Positions 48,858 to 58,985 are shown, numbered from the stretch's first letter. The stretch is 64,000 bases of DNA from Candidatus Delongbacteria bacterium (GCA_963663545.1 OY760505.1:1952001-2016000); one strand, 5' to 3'. Notes: generated by a model not told the origin, from the letters alone. Program-made: numbers and translations.

Positions 48858-50423
48858 ATGCTACAACGCATTCTGATCACAATCGCTGCTGTGATTGCAC
48901 TGTTGACGGCTGCTGTTCTGCTTGTCCCTGAGGAAAAGGAGAACGTTGAGCTGGCGCGTCTACACGTTCGCTACATGGGCGATTATGTTTCTTCCGTGGA
49001 TCACAGCAAATTGCCCGCGCTACAGCGGGAGTTTGCCACTCCGCAGGATGTGACCGAGGCGTGTCTCAGCTGCCACACCGAGCGGCACAAAGAGATCATG
49101 AATTCTTCGCACTGGAACTGGGAGCGCGCCGCTTACATCGAAGGCCGCGGCCTGACGATGCTAGGCAAGCGCAATGTGCTCAACAACTACTGCATCGGTG
49201 CGCAGACAAACGAACAGGCTTGTGCGAAGTGTCACATTGGATTCGGCATGAGCGACGACCACTATGATTTCAACAATGCGCGTAACGTGGATTGCATGGT
49301 GTGTCACGACTTGAGCGAAGAGTATCACAAGGGTGCCGCAATGGCTGGCTATCCGGATCGCTCGGTCAATCTGGAGCACGTAGCACAAAGTGTCGGCCGT
49401 CCCAGCAAGATGAATTGCGGCTCCTGCCACTTCTACAGCGGCGGCGGCAACAATGTGAAACACGGCGATCTGGAAGCCGCGCTGCTGGGGTGCGATCGTA
49501 CCGTCGATGTACACATGGGTTCCAATGGAATTGATCTGAGCTGCGTGGCGTGTCACACGGCGGAGAAGCACAACATTCTGGGCCGCCTGTACTCGGTGTC
49601 TTCCGAAAACAGCAACCGGGCCACCTGCACAAGTTGCCACGGCGAAGAGCCGCACATGGATGCCGTACTCAATCGCCACTTCGAGCGCATTGCGTGCCAG
49701 ACCTGCCATATTCCCGTGTACGCCAAGGTCAACGCGACCAAGATGGACTGGCGCTGGTCTGAGGCTGGCCAGCTTCGCGATGGCGAACCCTACGAAGAGG
49801 TGGACGAGCACGGCCACCACAATTACATGTCAATCAAAGGTCGCTTCATCTGGGAAGATCACGTTGAGCCGGAATATTGCTGGTTCAATGGCACAGCCAA
49901 TCATTATCTCCTCGGTGATACAATCACCTCGGTGCCCGTTGTCCTGAACCCGCTTGGGGGTTCTGCCAGTGATCCCGATTCTCGCATCATTCCCGTCAAG
50001 ATCCACCGGGGAGACCAGATCTACGACACGCAAACGCGCATGCTCATTCAGCCCAAGCTCTACTCGCCCCAGCACGGTGACAGCGCCTACTGGGTGGACT
50101 TCAATTGGGCAGATGCCGCACGGGCTGGAATGAATCGTGTCGGACTGCCCTTCAGTGGCGAGTACGACTTCATCGAAACAGAGATGTATTGGCCGGTGAA
50201 TCACATGGTCAGTACAGCCGACGAGGCGCTCTCTTGTGCCGATTGCCATACGCGTGATACAGGGCGCCTGGCGAATCTGGCCGGCTTCTACATGCCGGGT
50301 CGCGATCACTCCGCTTGGCTTGACTTCCTGGCAGGGATGGCAATTGTGATGTCGCTAGCCGGAGTCCTTGGCCACGGCGCAATTCGTTTTGTGTTACACC
50401 GCCGCAGGAGGGCCGCCAAATGA
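48858..50423 (+). CDS. Octaheme c-type cytochrome, tetrathionate reductase (OTR) family
   Basis: Eight CxxCH motifs (CLSCH, CAKCH, CMVCH, CGSCH, CVACH, CTSCH, CQTCH, CADCH), GGGNNVKHGDL, C-terminal TM. Confidence 0.9.
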   Translation: MLQRILITIAAVIALLTAAVLLVPEEKENVELARLHVRYMGDYVSSVDHSKLPALQREFATPQDVTEACLSCHTERHKEIMNSSHWNWERAAYIEGRGLTMLGKRNVLNNYCIGAQTNEQACAKCHIGFGMSDDHYDFNNARNVDCMVCHDLSEEYHKGAAMAGYPDRSVNLEHVAQSVGRPSKMNCGSCHFYSGGGNNVKHGDLEAALLGCDRTVDVHMGSNGIDLSCVACHTAEKHNILGRLYSVSSENSNRATCTSCHGEEPHMDAVLNRHFERIACQTCHIPVYAKVNATKMDWRWSEAGQLRDGEPYEEVDEHGHHNYMSIKGRFIWEDHVEPEYCWFNGTANHYLLGDTITSVPVVLNPLGGSASDPDSRIIPVKIHRGDQIYDTQTRMLIQPKLYSPQHGDSAYWVDFNWADAARAGMNRVGLPFSGEYDFIETEMYWPVNHMVSTADEALSCADCHTRDTGRLANLAGFYMPGRDHSAWLDFLAGMAIVMSLAGVLGHGAIRFVLHRRRRAAK

Positions 50424-51040
50424 CAGAGCCACGCTATGTCTACAAGCGCTTCGAGCGTTTCTGGCACTGGATGCAAGCCTTTCTGATTCTGTTTCTGGCG
50501 CTGACCGGTTTTGAGATTCATGGCAGCTACACGCTTTTCGGTTTTGAAAAGGCAGTGTTCTTCCACACGCGTTCAGCCCTTGCGCTACTTGTGCTGATTG
50601 TCTTTGCCGTATTCTGGCACCTGACAACCGGCGAGTGGCGCCAGTATCTGCCAACCCGCGAGAAGCTGGTGGCGCAGGTGCGCTTCTACCTGTTCGGCAT
50701 GTTCAAGGGCGAGCCGCACCCGTATCACAAAACGGAGTTGGGCAAGCTCAACCCATTGCAGCGGCTGACTTATCTCTCGCTCAAACTTGCACTGATTCCG
50801 CTGGTTGTGCTTACAGGGCTACCCTACATGTATCACCGTTTACCCGGTAGCGAAGGCCCCATCTACCGTGTGCCCGTTGACCTGAACCTCGTTGCTTTCT
50901 TGCACACAGTGGGGGCCTATGCCCTCATCCTGTTCGTAATCGTGCACGTCTACATGACGACGACAGGAGCCACGCCGCTGGCCAACCTGCGGGCGATGAT
51001 CACCGGATACGAGGACCCAGAGGAGGAAACACATGGATAG
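50420..51040 (+). CDS. Di-heme cytochrome b subunit (PhsC / Ni-Fe hydrogenase b type)
   Basis: FERFWHW, TGFEIH, NPLQRLTY, FLHTVGA...IVHVY...MITG. Confidence 0.9.
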   Translation: MTEPRYVYKRFERFWHWMQAFLILFLALTGFEIHGSYTLFGFEKAVFFHTRSALALLVLIVFAVFWHLTTGEWRQYLPTREKLVAQVRFYLFGMFKGEPHPYHKTELGKLNPLQRLTYLSLKLALIPLVVLTGLPYMYHRLPGSEGPIYRVPVDLNLVAFLHTVGAYALILFVIVHVYMTTTGATPLANLRAMITGYEDPEEETHG

Positions 51041-51563
51041 CCACAAGCCAGCACCGCTGATGAACCCCTACTTGGCGGGAGTGCTGCTGGGGCTGGTTCT
51101 GGTGGCGGCCATTTTCATTTCTGGTCGCGGCCTGGGCGCCAGTGGCGCACTGAAGAATGTGGTCGTTGCAACGGTTGAGACCGTGTCACCGGAGCACGTT
51201 GAACATGTGCCCGCCTATTCGAATTATGTTGCCAGCCATCCGGGCAGCATTTTCAGCTCCTGGCTTTTTTTCGAAGTCATCGGCATCATGTTCGGTGCGC
51301 TGCTATCCGCTGTGATCGCTCGCCGCGCGCACCTTTCCCTTGAGAAGGGAATCGGCGTGAAGAATAGAACGCGCGTTATCGCGGCTATTATCGGTGGCGC
51401 TTTCTTCGGCTTTGGCGCACAGTTGGGACGCGGCTGCACCAGCGGTGCGGCATTAAGCGGCATGGCCGTGCTCTCCTTCGGCGGCATATTGACCATGATG
51501 GCCATTTTCGCGTCGGCCTACGCCTTCGCCTGGTTCTTCCGTGGCTTGTGGAGGAGGAGCTGA
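51033..51563 (+). CDS. YeeE/YedE sulfur-compound transporter subunit
   Basis: NPYLAG, GRGLGASG, GRGCTSG. Confidence 0.88.
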   Translation: MDSHKPAPLMNPYLAGVLLGLVLVAAIFISGRGLGASGALKNVVVATVETVSPEHVEHVPAYSNYVASHPGSIFSSWLFFEVIGIMFGALLSAVIARRAHLSLEKGIGVKNRTRVIAAIIGGAFFGFGAQLGRGCTSGAALSGMAVLSFGGILTMMAIFASAYAFAWFFRGLWRRS

Positions 51564-51564
51564 T

Positions 51565-52746
51565 ATGGCACCGCTTGTACCCGTCTACTTCAGCCATCAG
51601 TTTGAGCTGATTCTGGCTTTCTTCATCGGCGTCGCTTTTGGCTTTGTGCTGGAGCAGGCCGGTTTCGGCTCGTCGCGTCGATTGGTCGGCCTCTTCTATG
51701 GCTATGACTTCACCGTGTTACGCGTCTTCTTTACCGCCGGTATCACGGCCATGGCGGGCGTGCTCCTGCTGGGACACGTTGGCCTGCTGGATCTGGGCCT
51801 GATCTATGTGAACCCGACCTTCCTGCGCGCGGCCCTTGTCGGCGGCGGCATCATGGGGTTGGGTTTCGTGATTGGCGGCTTCTGCCCTGGCACCAGCATT
51901 TGCGCTGCCGTTACGGGCAAAGTGGACGCAATGGCCTTTGTCTTGGGCGCGACGCTGGGCGTATTCGCCTTCATGGAAGTCTACCCCTGGATGGAAGGCG
52001 TGTATCTGGCGCAGAACCTGGGCAACCTGCGCATCAGCGATCTGTTAGGTGTATCACCAAATGTCTTTGCTTTGGGTATGATCGCCATGGCGGTGGGAGC
52101 TTTTGTGCTGGTGGATCACCTGGAGTTTCGCAACAAGGACGTCGACACGCTGCGGATGGCGCGCCAGGGGCGCATTCTAGTGGCCGCCCTGACCATTGCC
52201 GTAGTTGGGTTTGTGATAGTGATGCCGAGCCACGCCGATGTCGTTCACATGCGACTGGAAAAGGCTCGGGCAGCGGGCTTTGACGTCCCCCGCATTCCCG
52301 CCGATCACTTTGCGCGCGAGCTGGCCAACTCCTATCGCAAGTACAATGTGATCGATGTGCGCAGTGCAGAAGAATATGAGGCGGGTCATCTGCCTTTGGC
52401 GATCAATGTGCCACTCGGTCAGATGGAACAGCGCGGTTGGCGTGCACTACTAACTCAGCGGTTGCGTACCAATGTGTATTACGCCGACGATCCGGCTATG
52501 GCAGCAGAGGCTTGTGCCCTGGCGGATTTGCTTGGACGTGGCGAGAACATGGCATTGCGTGAAACTCGGCAGGAGTTCAATGAGCTCTTCTACTCAGAGG
52601 AGATGCCCGTGGCTCGTGGCAGCCAGGACGCCTGGCGTGCGCGCCGCAAGATTGGCGAAGAACTGAAGAAGCTGGATGAGACCGAGGCGCGTTTTGCTGC
52701 ACCCGTCAAGACGACGGTTCAACCCGCAAAGGGTGGCTGCAGCTAA
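51565..52746 (+). CDS. YeeE/YedE transporter fused to a rhodanese-like domain with terminal GGCS
   Basis: FGFVLEQAGFGSS, GFCPGTS; IDVRSAEEYEAGHLPLAINVP; C-terminus AKGGCS. Confidence 0.88.
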   Translation: MAPLVPVYFSHQFELILAFFIGVAFGFVLEQAGFGSSRRLVGLFYGYDFTVLRVFFTAGITAMAGVLLLGHVGLLDLGLIYVNPTFLRAALVGGGIMGLGFVIGGFCPGTSICAAVTGKVDAMAFVLGATLGVFAFMEVYPWMEGVYLAQNLGNLRISDLLGVSPNVFALGMIAMAVGAFVLVDHLEFRNKDVDTLRMARQGRILVAALTIAVVGFVIVMPSHADVVHMRLEKARAAGFDVPRIPADHFARELANSYRKYNVIDVRSAEEYEAGHLPLAINVPLGQMEQRGWRALLTQRLRTNVYYADDPAMAAEACALADLLGRGENMALRETRQEFNELFYSEEMPVARGSQDAWRARRKIGEELKKLDETEARFAAPVKTTVQPAKGGCS

Positions 52747-52769
52747 CGGAGTAGGTTTGTGATACAATC

Positions 52770-52805
52770 GGGGGCGTGTTGCAGGAGATGTAATACGCCC
52801 TTTTT
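52770..52805 (+). terminator. Intrinsic terminator between convergent operons
   Basis: GGGCGTGTTGCA/TGTAATACGCCC stem with G-U pairs, then TTTTT. Confidence 0.7.
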
Positions 52806-53337
52806 ACATTCCGGACTGCCAGGCCAGCACAAAGTCGCGTTGTGCGGCGGTTTCTGGCGAGGGGGCGTCTTTGCTACGCGCGGGTTCGCGTAGCCGCTGC
52901 AAGTGCTCGAAGACCTTGTCTCGTGATACAAAGTTGTGACGGATCAGCCAGCAGCAGACAACGGTTCCCGTGCGACCCTTTCCTCCCCAGCAGTGGACGT
53001 ACACGGGCTTTTCGTCTGCCAGCCTGTCGTCGATGTGATCCAGGATTCGGGCCATTTCGTGGACACTTGGCACACCCATATCCGGAATTCCAAAACGACT
53101 GTAGCAAGGTTGCGGGCTGAGATTCGACAGCAGTTGCCAATAGGGAAGAAAGGGCTCTCCCAGCTCATCCCGTTCTGTGTCACGCTGAAGATTTACGTAG
53201 CAGCGAATGCCGGCCCGGTGAATCTGTGTGAGGAGGTGCAGTGTGGATTCTGTGTCGTGACGAGCGGGCATCCGGCCCGCCAGCAGCGCGCCGGGTGCCA
53301 CCCAGTAGCAATCGTCATGCGGAAGCGAAATCGACAT
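52804..53337 (-). CDS. Dual-specificity / tyrosine protein phosphatase
   Basis: VYVHCWGGKGRTG (CX5R), IPDMGVP, PETAAQRDFV. Confidence 0.9.
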   Translation of the reverse strand: MSISLPHDDCYWVAPGALLAGRMPARHDTESTLHLLTQIHRAGIRCYVNLQRDTERDELGEPFLPYWQLLSNLSPQPCYSRFGIPDMGVPSVHEMARILDHIDDRLADEKPVYVHCWGGKGRTGTVVCCWLIRHNFVSRDKVFEHLQRLREPARSKDAPSPETAAQRDFVLAWQSGM

Positions 53338-53339
53338 GA

Positions 53340-53819
53340 TCAAGCATCCAGCAGGGTTCTCAAGTCATAGGCCTGGTTGCCGGGAAGATCCTGGCATGTG
53401 ATACGCACGCCACGATCCAGCAAAAGGCGTAACACCCGTTCCTGTTCCGGAGTCACAAAGATGTAATCAAGCAGTCGCCGAGCGCCCGGGCGGCTATGCA
53501 TACCACCGATATGAGCGCTTTCCAGGCGGCCGCCCTGATCCAACAAATCCAGCAGACATTGCGGGCTTGACACTACCGCGATCGTGTCGGAAGAGGGTGG
53601 TGTGGACAACTCTTCGACAAAAGCAGAGACGGTCATGAAGTGCAGGGTTTGCTCGTCCGAAGGACAGCAGAGGAAGAGGTCCTGTTCAAAATCGCTGCGG
53701 GCAATCTCGTTGTCACACAGAATGATTTCTGAGATATCGAGAGCCTCACACCAGCCAACACAGACCTGCCCATGAACCAGGCGGTCGTCTACGCGGATCA
53801 ACATGCGAGCCTTAGCCAT
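53340..53819 (-). CDS. PTS mannose/sorbose-family EIIB
   Basis: IRVDDRLVHGQV, IGGMH. Confidence 0.9.
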   Translation of the reverse strand: MAKARMLIRVDDRLVHGQVCVGWCEALDISEIILCDNEIARSDFEQDLFLCCPSDEQTLHFMTVSAFVEELSTPPSSDTIAVVSSPQCLLDLLDQGGRLESAHIGGMHSRPGARRLLDYIFVTPEQERVLRLLLDRGVRITCQDLPGNQAYDLRTLLDA

Positions 53820-54191
53820 TCAGCGGATTCCTTTTTTCCCACGATCCAGACCCAGCTCCGCGAGCTCATCCAATGTCAGACGATCGCGCCGGGTCAATAG
53901 AGACATCAACATTGGCAGGTTGACGCCGCAGAGAATGTGGTACTCCACCTCTGCCAAAGCCATTGCCCGCCGGGCTGCAGAGTAGCAGCTTCCGCCCACA
54001 AAATCGACCAAGAGAAGCACGGGGGAGGAATCTGCCACGGTCCACTGCTGAATAGCAAGAACCAGATCCTCGATGCTCAACTCCTGATTGCTGATTGCCG
54101 CCAGTGCTTCTTGCGGACCCATGATCTGATGTGCACAGCCAACGAGTGCTTCGCCAAGTTGTCCGTGTGATACAAGCAGAATCCTCAGCAT
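53820..54191 (-). CDS. PTS mannose/fructose-family EIIA
   Basis: LVSHG, LVDFVGGSC, GVNLPML. Confidence 0.9.
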   Translation of the reverse strand: MLRILLVSHGQLGEALVGCAHQIMGPQEALAAISNQELSIEDLVLAIQQWTVADSSPVLLLVDFVGGSCYSAARRAMALAEVEYHILCGVNLPMLMSLLTRRDRLTLDELAELGLDRGKKGIR

Positions 54192-54194
54192 GGC

Positions 54195-55166
54195 TTACTC
54201 CGTGTCGCGACGCAAATAGCGCTTCAGACGACGCTTGTCTTCAATGGTCCTGAGTAGGCGATTGTTGAATTCCTGGGCAGAATCATAGCCATACACGCGC
54301 AAGTGCAGATTCATCGCCAGTGTTTCACACAGCACGGTGATGTTCTTACCGGGGAAGATCGGCAGCTGCACCCGTGGGATGGTAATGCCCAGCACTTCCA
54401 GTTCTTCGTGATCCAGGCCGACACGCTCGAAGCCGTCGCGTTCTTCCCAGAGACGGAGTTCCACGATCATTTCGAGACGCTTCTGCATGCGCACGGCTTT
54501 GATGCCGAAGAGTTGACGAATATCCAGAATGCCCAGGCCGCGCACTTCCATGAAGTGTTGCAGCATCTCGTTGCCTTGCCCCATCAGCACATCACCCGCC
54601 TTGCGTGTGACACGCACAATATCGTCGGCAACCAGACGATGGCCGCGCTCGATCAGATCCAGCGCCACTTCGCTCTTGCCAATGCCGCTTTTACCGGTCA
54701 ACAGCAGTCCTGTGCCATAGACGTCCACGAGGGTTCCGTGCAGCTGGGTTGTCGGGGCAAAGATGTCATCCAGATAGATAGAGAGCAGGTGATACAACGA
54801 GGTGGTATCCAGCTTCGAGCGCAGAATGGCAATGCCGCGTTGATTGCAGTTGTCCACCAGTTCCTGCGGCGGCTCAAGCTGGTTGGTGATCACCAGACAG
54901 GGAATGTCGAACTTGCCCAGCAGTTCCAGCGACTTGTGTCGCTCTTCGCTGGTGAAGGAGTGCAGATAAGAGATCTCCGTGTTGCCCAGCACCTGAATGC
55001 GATCGTAGGCAAACAGACCGATGTAGCCAGCAAGTGCCAGACCGGGCCTGTGCAGAGCTTTCTTGTCCACAACCCGTTGCATGCCCTCGGGATTGCTGGT
55101 CAGCAGTTCAAGCTGCAGCTCTTCCCGCAGGTCTTCCAGAATTTGTTCTACGTAGAGTTCGCTCAT
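54195..55166 (-). CDS. hprK: HPr kinase/phosphorylase
   Basis: HRPGLALAG, HGTLVDVYG, GKSGIGKSE, LVADD, MEVRGLGI. Confidence 0.97.
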   Translation of the reverse strand: MSELYVEQILEDLREELQLELLTSNPEGMQRVVDKKALHRPGLALAGYIGLFAYDRIQVLGNTEISYLHSFTSEERHKSLELLGKFDIPCLVITNQLEPPQELVDNCNQRGIAILRSKLDTTSLYHLLSIYLDDIFAPTTQLHGTLVDVYGTGLLLTGKSGIGKSEVALDLIERGHRLVADDIVRVTRKAGDVLMGQGNEMLQHFMEVRGLGILDIRQLFGIKAVRMQKRLEMIVELRLWEERDGFERVGLDHEELEVLGITIPRVQLPIFPGKNITVLCETLAMNLHLRVYGYDSAQEFNNRLLRTIEDKRRLKRYLRRDTE

Positions 55167-55173
55167 GAGTGTG

Positions 55174-55195
55174 AAAGGGCGGCCGTAGCCGCCCC
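55174..55195 (-). terminator. Weak terminator or stabilising hairpin after hpf
   Basis: Minus strand GGGCGGC-TACG-GCCGCCC-TTT. Confidence 0.55.
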
Positions 55196-55221
55196 GATCC
55201 TGTCAGTTGTCGTGACCCCGG

Positions 55222-55512
55222 TTAGTGCTTTGAGCGCACTTTCTCTTTGAAGCGCACAATCTGCTTCTCAAGCTTGCCAACGGCCTGGTCAATACTCTTT
55301 TCAAAGTTCTCGCTGTCTTCGGACGCCGCAAAGGAGTCGCCTTTGACCATCAAGGTAATTTCGGCGGTCTTGTTCAGCTTCTCTTCGTGAAGCACAATGT
55401 CGCAGTCGATGATGTGATCAAAGTACTTCTTCAGACGGCGAACTTCCTCGGAAGCGTAGTTCTTTAGACGGTCGCTGGCTTTGAAATGCCGGGATGTCAC
55501 GGTAATGCGCAT
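55222..55512 (-). CDS. hpf: Ribosome hibernation promoting factor (short HPF/RaiA)
   Basis: MRITVTSRHF...SIDQAVGKLEKQIVRFKEK; GGAGG RBS. Confidence 0.92.
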   Translation of the reverse strand: MRITVTSRHFKASDRLKNYASEEVRRLKKYFDHIIDCDIVLHEEKLNKTAEITLMVKGDSFAASEDSENFEKSIDQAVGKLEKQIVRFKEKVRSKH

Positions 55513-55544
55513 GGCTTCCTCCTATACTAAGCGTTCGCCGGACT

Positions 55545-56486
55545 CTAAGCTCTAGGGTGAGCCCGGCTGTGGATTTCTTTCAATCGGCTCCCGGTCAGAT
55601 GCGTGTAGACCTGTGTGGTCGACAGGCTGGAATGACCCAGGAGTTCTTGTACTACGCGCAAATCGGCTCCATGATCCAGCATGTGGGTGGCAAAACTGTG
55701 CCGTATCACATGCGGCGAGAGTTTGCGATTGCGTGATACTCGACCAAGTTGTTGATGAACAATGACCTGTATGCGGCGCCGCGAGAGCCGGCTTCCCCGC
55801 TGGCTCAGCAGCAGCGCTGTTTCCTGGTGATCGGCACCCTTGAGCGAGCCCAGAAGCAGGCTGCGACGCTCGAGATAGTCGGGAAGCAACTCCAGCACGG
55901 GGCGGCCCATAGGCAGCACTCGTTCCTTGCTGCCTTTGCCCAGTACGCGCACTGTTTGGCCGCGCAGGTTGCGCAGATCGAGTCCAACCAGTTCGGCCAG
56001 GCGCATGCCCGTGCTGTAAAGCAGCTCCAGAATCAGACGATCGCGGCAGCTGTTGAAATCGACGGGGTGCAGCTCCTCGATGGCCTCGCGCATTTCCTGC
56101 ACGCTGAGTACGCTGGGCAAGTTCTGGTCCAGCTTGATGGCGGGAAAGGAGGCGACCGGGTTTGCGTCGATCAATCCGCGAGCCTGCAGAAAGCGGCACC
56201 AACTACGCACCGAGGCCAGATGACGCGCCAGCGTTCGTGGCTTCACTCCCTCACGCGCACGCGCAGCGAGGAAGGCGCGAATGGTTTGACGGTCAAGCGG
56301 GCTGCCTTCACCAGCAAAGTCGATGAGCAAGGTGAGGTCGCGTTGATAGGCTTGAATGGTATGGACGGAGTAGTTGCGCTCCAGCCGGAGGGCTTCGAGG
56401 AACTGCTGTAGCAGTTGCTGAGGATTCAAGGAGAGACGCTCAATCACGCCTGTCACGGGCGCCCCGGAGTTGAGAATTGCTGCCAA
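55545..56486 (-). CDS. xerC: Tyrosine recombinase XerC
   Basis: YSTGMRLAEL, GKGSKER, HVIRHSFATH, VQELLGH, TQVY; topA-xerC synteny; start uncertain. Confidence 0.88.
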   Translation of the reverse strand: MAAILNSGAPVTGVIERLSLNPQQLLQQFLEALRLERNYSVHTIQAYQRDLTLLIDFAGEGSPLDRQTIRAFLAARAREGVKPRTLARHLASVRSWCRFLQARGLIDANPVASFPAIKLDQNLPSVLSVQEMREAIEELHPVDFNSCRDRLILELLYSTGMRLAELVGLDLRNLRGQTVRVLGKGSKERVLPMGRPVLELLPDYLERRSLLLGSLKGADHQETALLLSQRGSRLSRRRIQVIVHQQLGRVSRNRKLSPHVIRHSFATHMLDHGADLRVVQELLGHSSLSTTQVYTHLTGSRLKEIHSRAHPRA

Positions 56487-56580
56487 AGTTCAATTCGCTC
56501 ATCGGCGTTTGCGTGCGGTACCTTGACCGCTCCTCAATGTAAAGAGAGCGGAATCGGGAGCCAAGCAGAACCTCGTTGCC

Positions 56581-56619
56581 AAAAAGAGGAAAGGGGCATC
56601 GGCCGAAGCTGACGCCCCC
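56581..56619 (-). terminator. Terminator after topA
   Basis: Minus strand GGGGCGTC...GATGCCCC followed by TTTCCTCTTTTT. Confidence 0.7.
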
Positions 56620-56642
56620 GTAGTGCAATCGATGTCGGGTGG

Positions 56643-58931
56643 CTATTCTTCCGGGTCCACTTCCGTTTTGCAGACCGGGCAGCGCAGCAGGTTGCGACCG
56701 TCGGTGAAGCGCTCGACCATGTAGTTGCTGCCGCAGGCCGGGCAGGGGTGAAGGACCGGCTTGTCCCACGAAGCGAAATCGCATTTGGGGTACTCGCTGC
56801 AGCCGTAGAAGACGCGGCCACGCTTGCTGCGACGTTCGGTGATACGCCCCTTGCAGTCGGGCTTGGGGCACTCGATGCCAAGATCGATGGGCCTGATGTT
56901 GCGGCACTTGGGATAATTGCTGCATCCCAGAAAGCGACCGAAGCGCGAGGCCTTGACCACCATTGGGCTACCACACTTGTCACAGACTACATCGGTTTGG
57001 CGGTCGCCGTCCTGCTCGTCCGGGTTGCGCGTGTAGCGGCACTCGGGAAAACCAGAGCAGGCAATGAAGCGCCCGTTGCGTCCCCATTTGTACAGCAGGT
57101 CGCGGCCGCATTCGGGGCAGGCTTCGCCCACGGTTTCGGTGACTTCTTCCTTGATGGCACGCGAGTTGGCCTCCGCCGTCTGCAGCGCTTTGCTGAAGGG
57201 CGAGTAGAAGTCGTCGAGCACTTTCTGCCAAGATTCGCCGCCCTCGATGGAATCCAGCTCAGTCTCCATGCCTGCAGTGAAGTCGACATTGAAGATGCCC
57301 GTGAAATGTGTCACGAGAATGCGGTTGACTGTTTTGCCCAGGTCGGTCGGATGAAAGCGCTTCTCTTTCAGCTCGACATAGCTGCGCTTCAGAATCATGT
57401 CGACGATGGTGGCGTAGGTGCTCGGTCGGCCAATGCCCTGCTCTTCCAGCGCACGGATCAGGCTTTCCTGGCTGAATCGTGCGGGCGGCTTGGTAAAGTG
57501 CTGCTCGGCCTTCAGCTCCTTCAGGTTCGCGTTTTCGCCTTCGTGCAGGTTGGCGGGAATGGGCTTGTCTTCCTTCTGAGCGCTTTTGCGATTCTCGGCC
57601 ATGTCCTCGTAGATCTCGAGGAAGCCCTTGCGCACCAGCACACTGCCGGTGGCGCGACACAGGAAGCGGTCGCCCAACAAATCGATACTGCGCTGGCGGA
57701 ACAGTGCCGGAATCATCTGGCAGGCCACAAAGCGCTTCCAGATCAATTGGTACAAGCGATACTGATCGCGCTGCAGCGAGTTCTTGATGCTCTCGGGAGT
57801 CAACAGAACACTGGTGGGACGAATGGCCTCGTGAGCGTCCTGGGCGCGTTTCTTGCCGCGATACTGTTGCGGCTTGTCGGGCACCTGCTCGGGACCGAGG
57901 TTCTCGCTGATCCAGGCGCGGCATTCTTCCAGCGCACTGTCGGCCAGTCGCGTGGAGTCGGTACGCATGTAGGTGATCAGACCGACGCTCTCGCCACCGG
58001 ACAATTCTACACCTTCGTAGAGCTGCTGTGCCAGCATCATCGTTTTGCGCGGGCTGAAACCCAGGCGACGGGCCGCATCCTGCTGCAGCGTTGACGTAAT
58101 GAAGGGAGCGGCGGGCTTGCGGCTGACTTCCTTTTCGGCAATCTGCGCGACCTGCCAGCTTGCGGCTTCCATCGCAGCTTTAATTGCCTCGGCTTCTGCC
58201 GCGCTGCTGATTGCTGGTTTCTCACCGGCGCGAGGATCGCCTACTCCGGCGCGTGCACTTTGAGCATCGTCGAAAAGACGTAGCAACTGGGCCTGGAAAT
58301 CCTCACCCGCCTGGCTGGTGAAGGTGCCGTCAAAGCTCCAGTATTCCTGGGGCACAAAGGCGTCGATTTCTTCTTCGCGTTCGCAGATCAGGCGTACAGC
58401 TACGCTTTGCACTCGACCCGCAGAAAGGCCGCGGCTGACGGTCTTCCATAATATCGGGCTCACCTGGTATCCCACCAGACGGTCCATCACGCGGCGCGCC
58501 TGCTGGGCGTCCACGCGATTCTGGTCGATGGTATCGGGGTGCTGGACCGCGTCGATGATCGCCTTCTTGGTGATCTCGTTGAAGCGAATGCGCTGAATCT
58601 TGACGGCACCCTTTGTCGCCCGGCCAAGCTCATTAGCAATGTGCCACGCAATGGCCTCACCCTCGCGGTCGAGGTCCGTTGCGATCAACACTTGCTCCAC
58701 AGCGCGCGCGCGCTTCTTCAAATCGTTGATGATGCGAGTCTTGCCGCGTACCGGGACGTAGTGCGGAAGGAAACCCTTCTCGACATCTACTCCAAGCTCC
58801 TTTTCGGGCAGGTCGATGATATGACCGACGCTGCTGGCCACATCGTAGACGCGTGGCCGCCAGGATTCCAAGTACTTGCTAAAGGTCTTCGCCTTGGTCG
58901 GGGACTCAACAATGACGAGTGTTGTAGCCAT
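56643..58931 (-). CDS. topA: DNA topoisomerase I with C-terminal zinc ribbons
   Basis: LVIVESPTK, ATDLDREGE, SAGRVQS, ITYMRTDS, repeated C4 zinc ribbons. Confidence 0.97.
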   Translation of the reverse strand: MATTLVIVESPTKAKTFSKYLESWRPRVYDVASSVGHIIDLPEKELGVDVEKGFLPHYVPVRGKTRIINDLKKRARAVEQVLIATDLDREGEAIAWHIANELGRATKGAVKIQRIRFNEITKKAIIDAVQHPDTIDQNRVDAQQARRVMDRLVGYQVSPILWKTVSRGLSAGRVQSVAVRLICEREEEIDAFVPQEYWSFDGTFTSQAGEDFQAQLLRLFDDAQSARAGVGDPRAGEKPAISSAAEAEAIKAAMEAASWQVAQIAEKEVSRKPAAPFITSTLQQDAARRLGFSPRKTMMLAQQLYEGVELSGGESVGLITYMRTDSTRLADSALEECRAWISENLGPEQVPDKPQQYRGKKRAQDAHEAIRPTSVLLTPESIKNSLQRDQYRLYQLIWKRFVACQMIPALFRQRSIDLLGDRFLCRATGSVLVRKGFLEIYEDMAENRKSAQKEDKPIPANLHEGENANLKELKAEQHFTKPPARFSQESLIRALEEQGIGRPSTYATIVDMILKRSYVELKEKRFHPTDLGKTVNRILVTHFTGIFNVDFTAGMETELDSIEGGESWQKVLDDFYSPFSKALQTAEANSRAIKEEVTETVGEACPECGRDLLYKWGRNGRFIACSGFPECRYTRNPDEQDGDRQTDVVCDKCGSPMVVKASRFGRFLGCSNYPKCRNIRPIDLGIECPKPDCKGRITERRSKRGRVFYGCSEYPKCDFASWDKPVLHPCPACGSNYMVERFTDGRNLLRCPVCKTEVDPEE

Positions 58932-58985
58932 CGGGTGCCTGGGGCCTCCCTGGTTGGGCATGCTTGTGGAGTGGGAATCGGTCCC

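Noticed and set aside
55545..56486. Tyrosine recombinase as a prophage or island integrase
   Set aside because: XerC-like length and motifs in housekeeping topA-xerC-hpf context, with no att repeats or cargo
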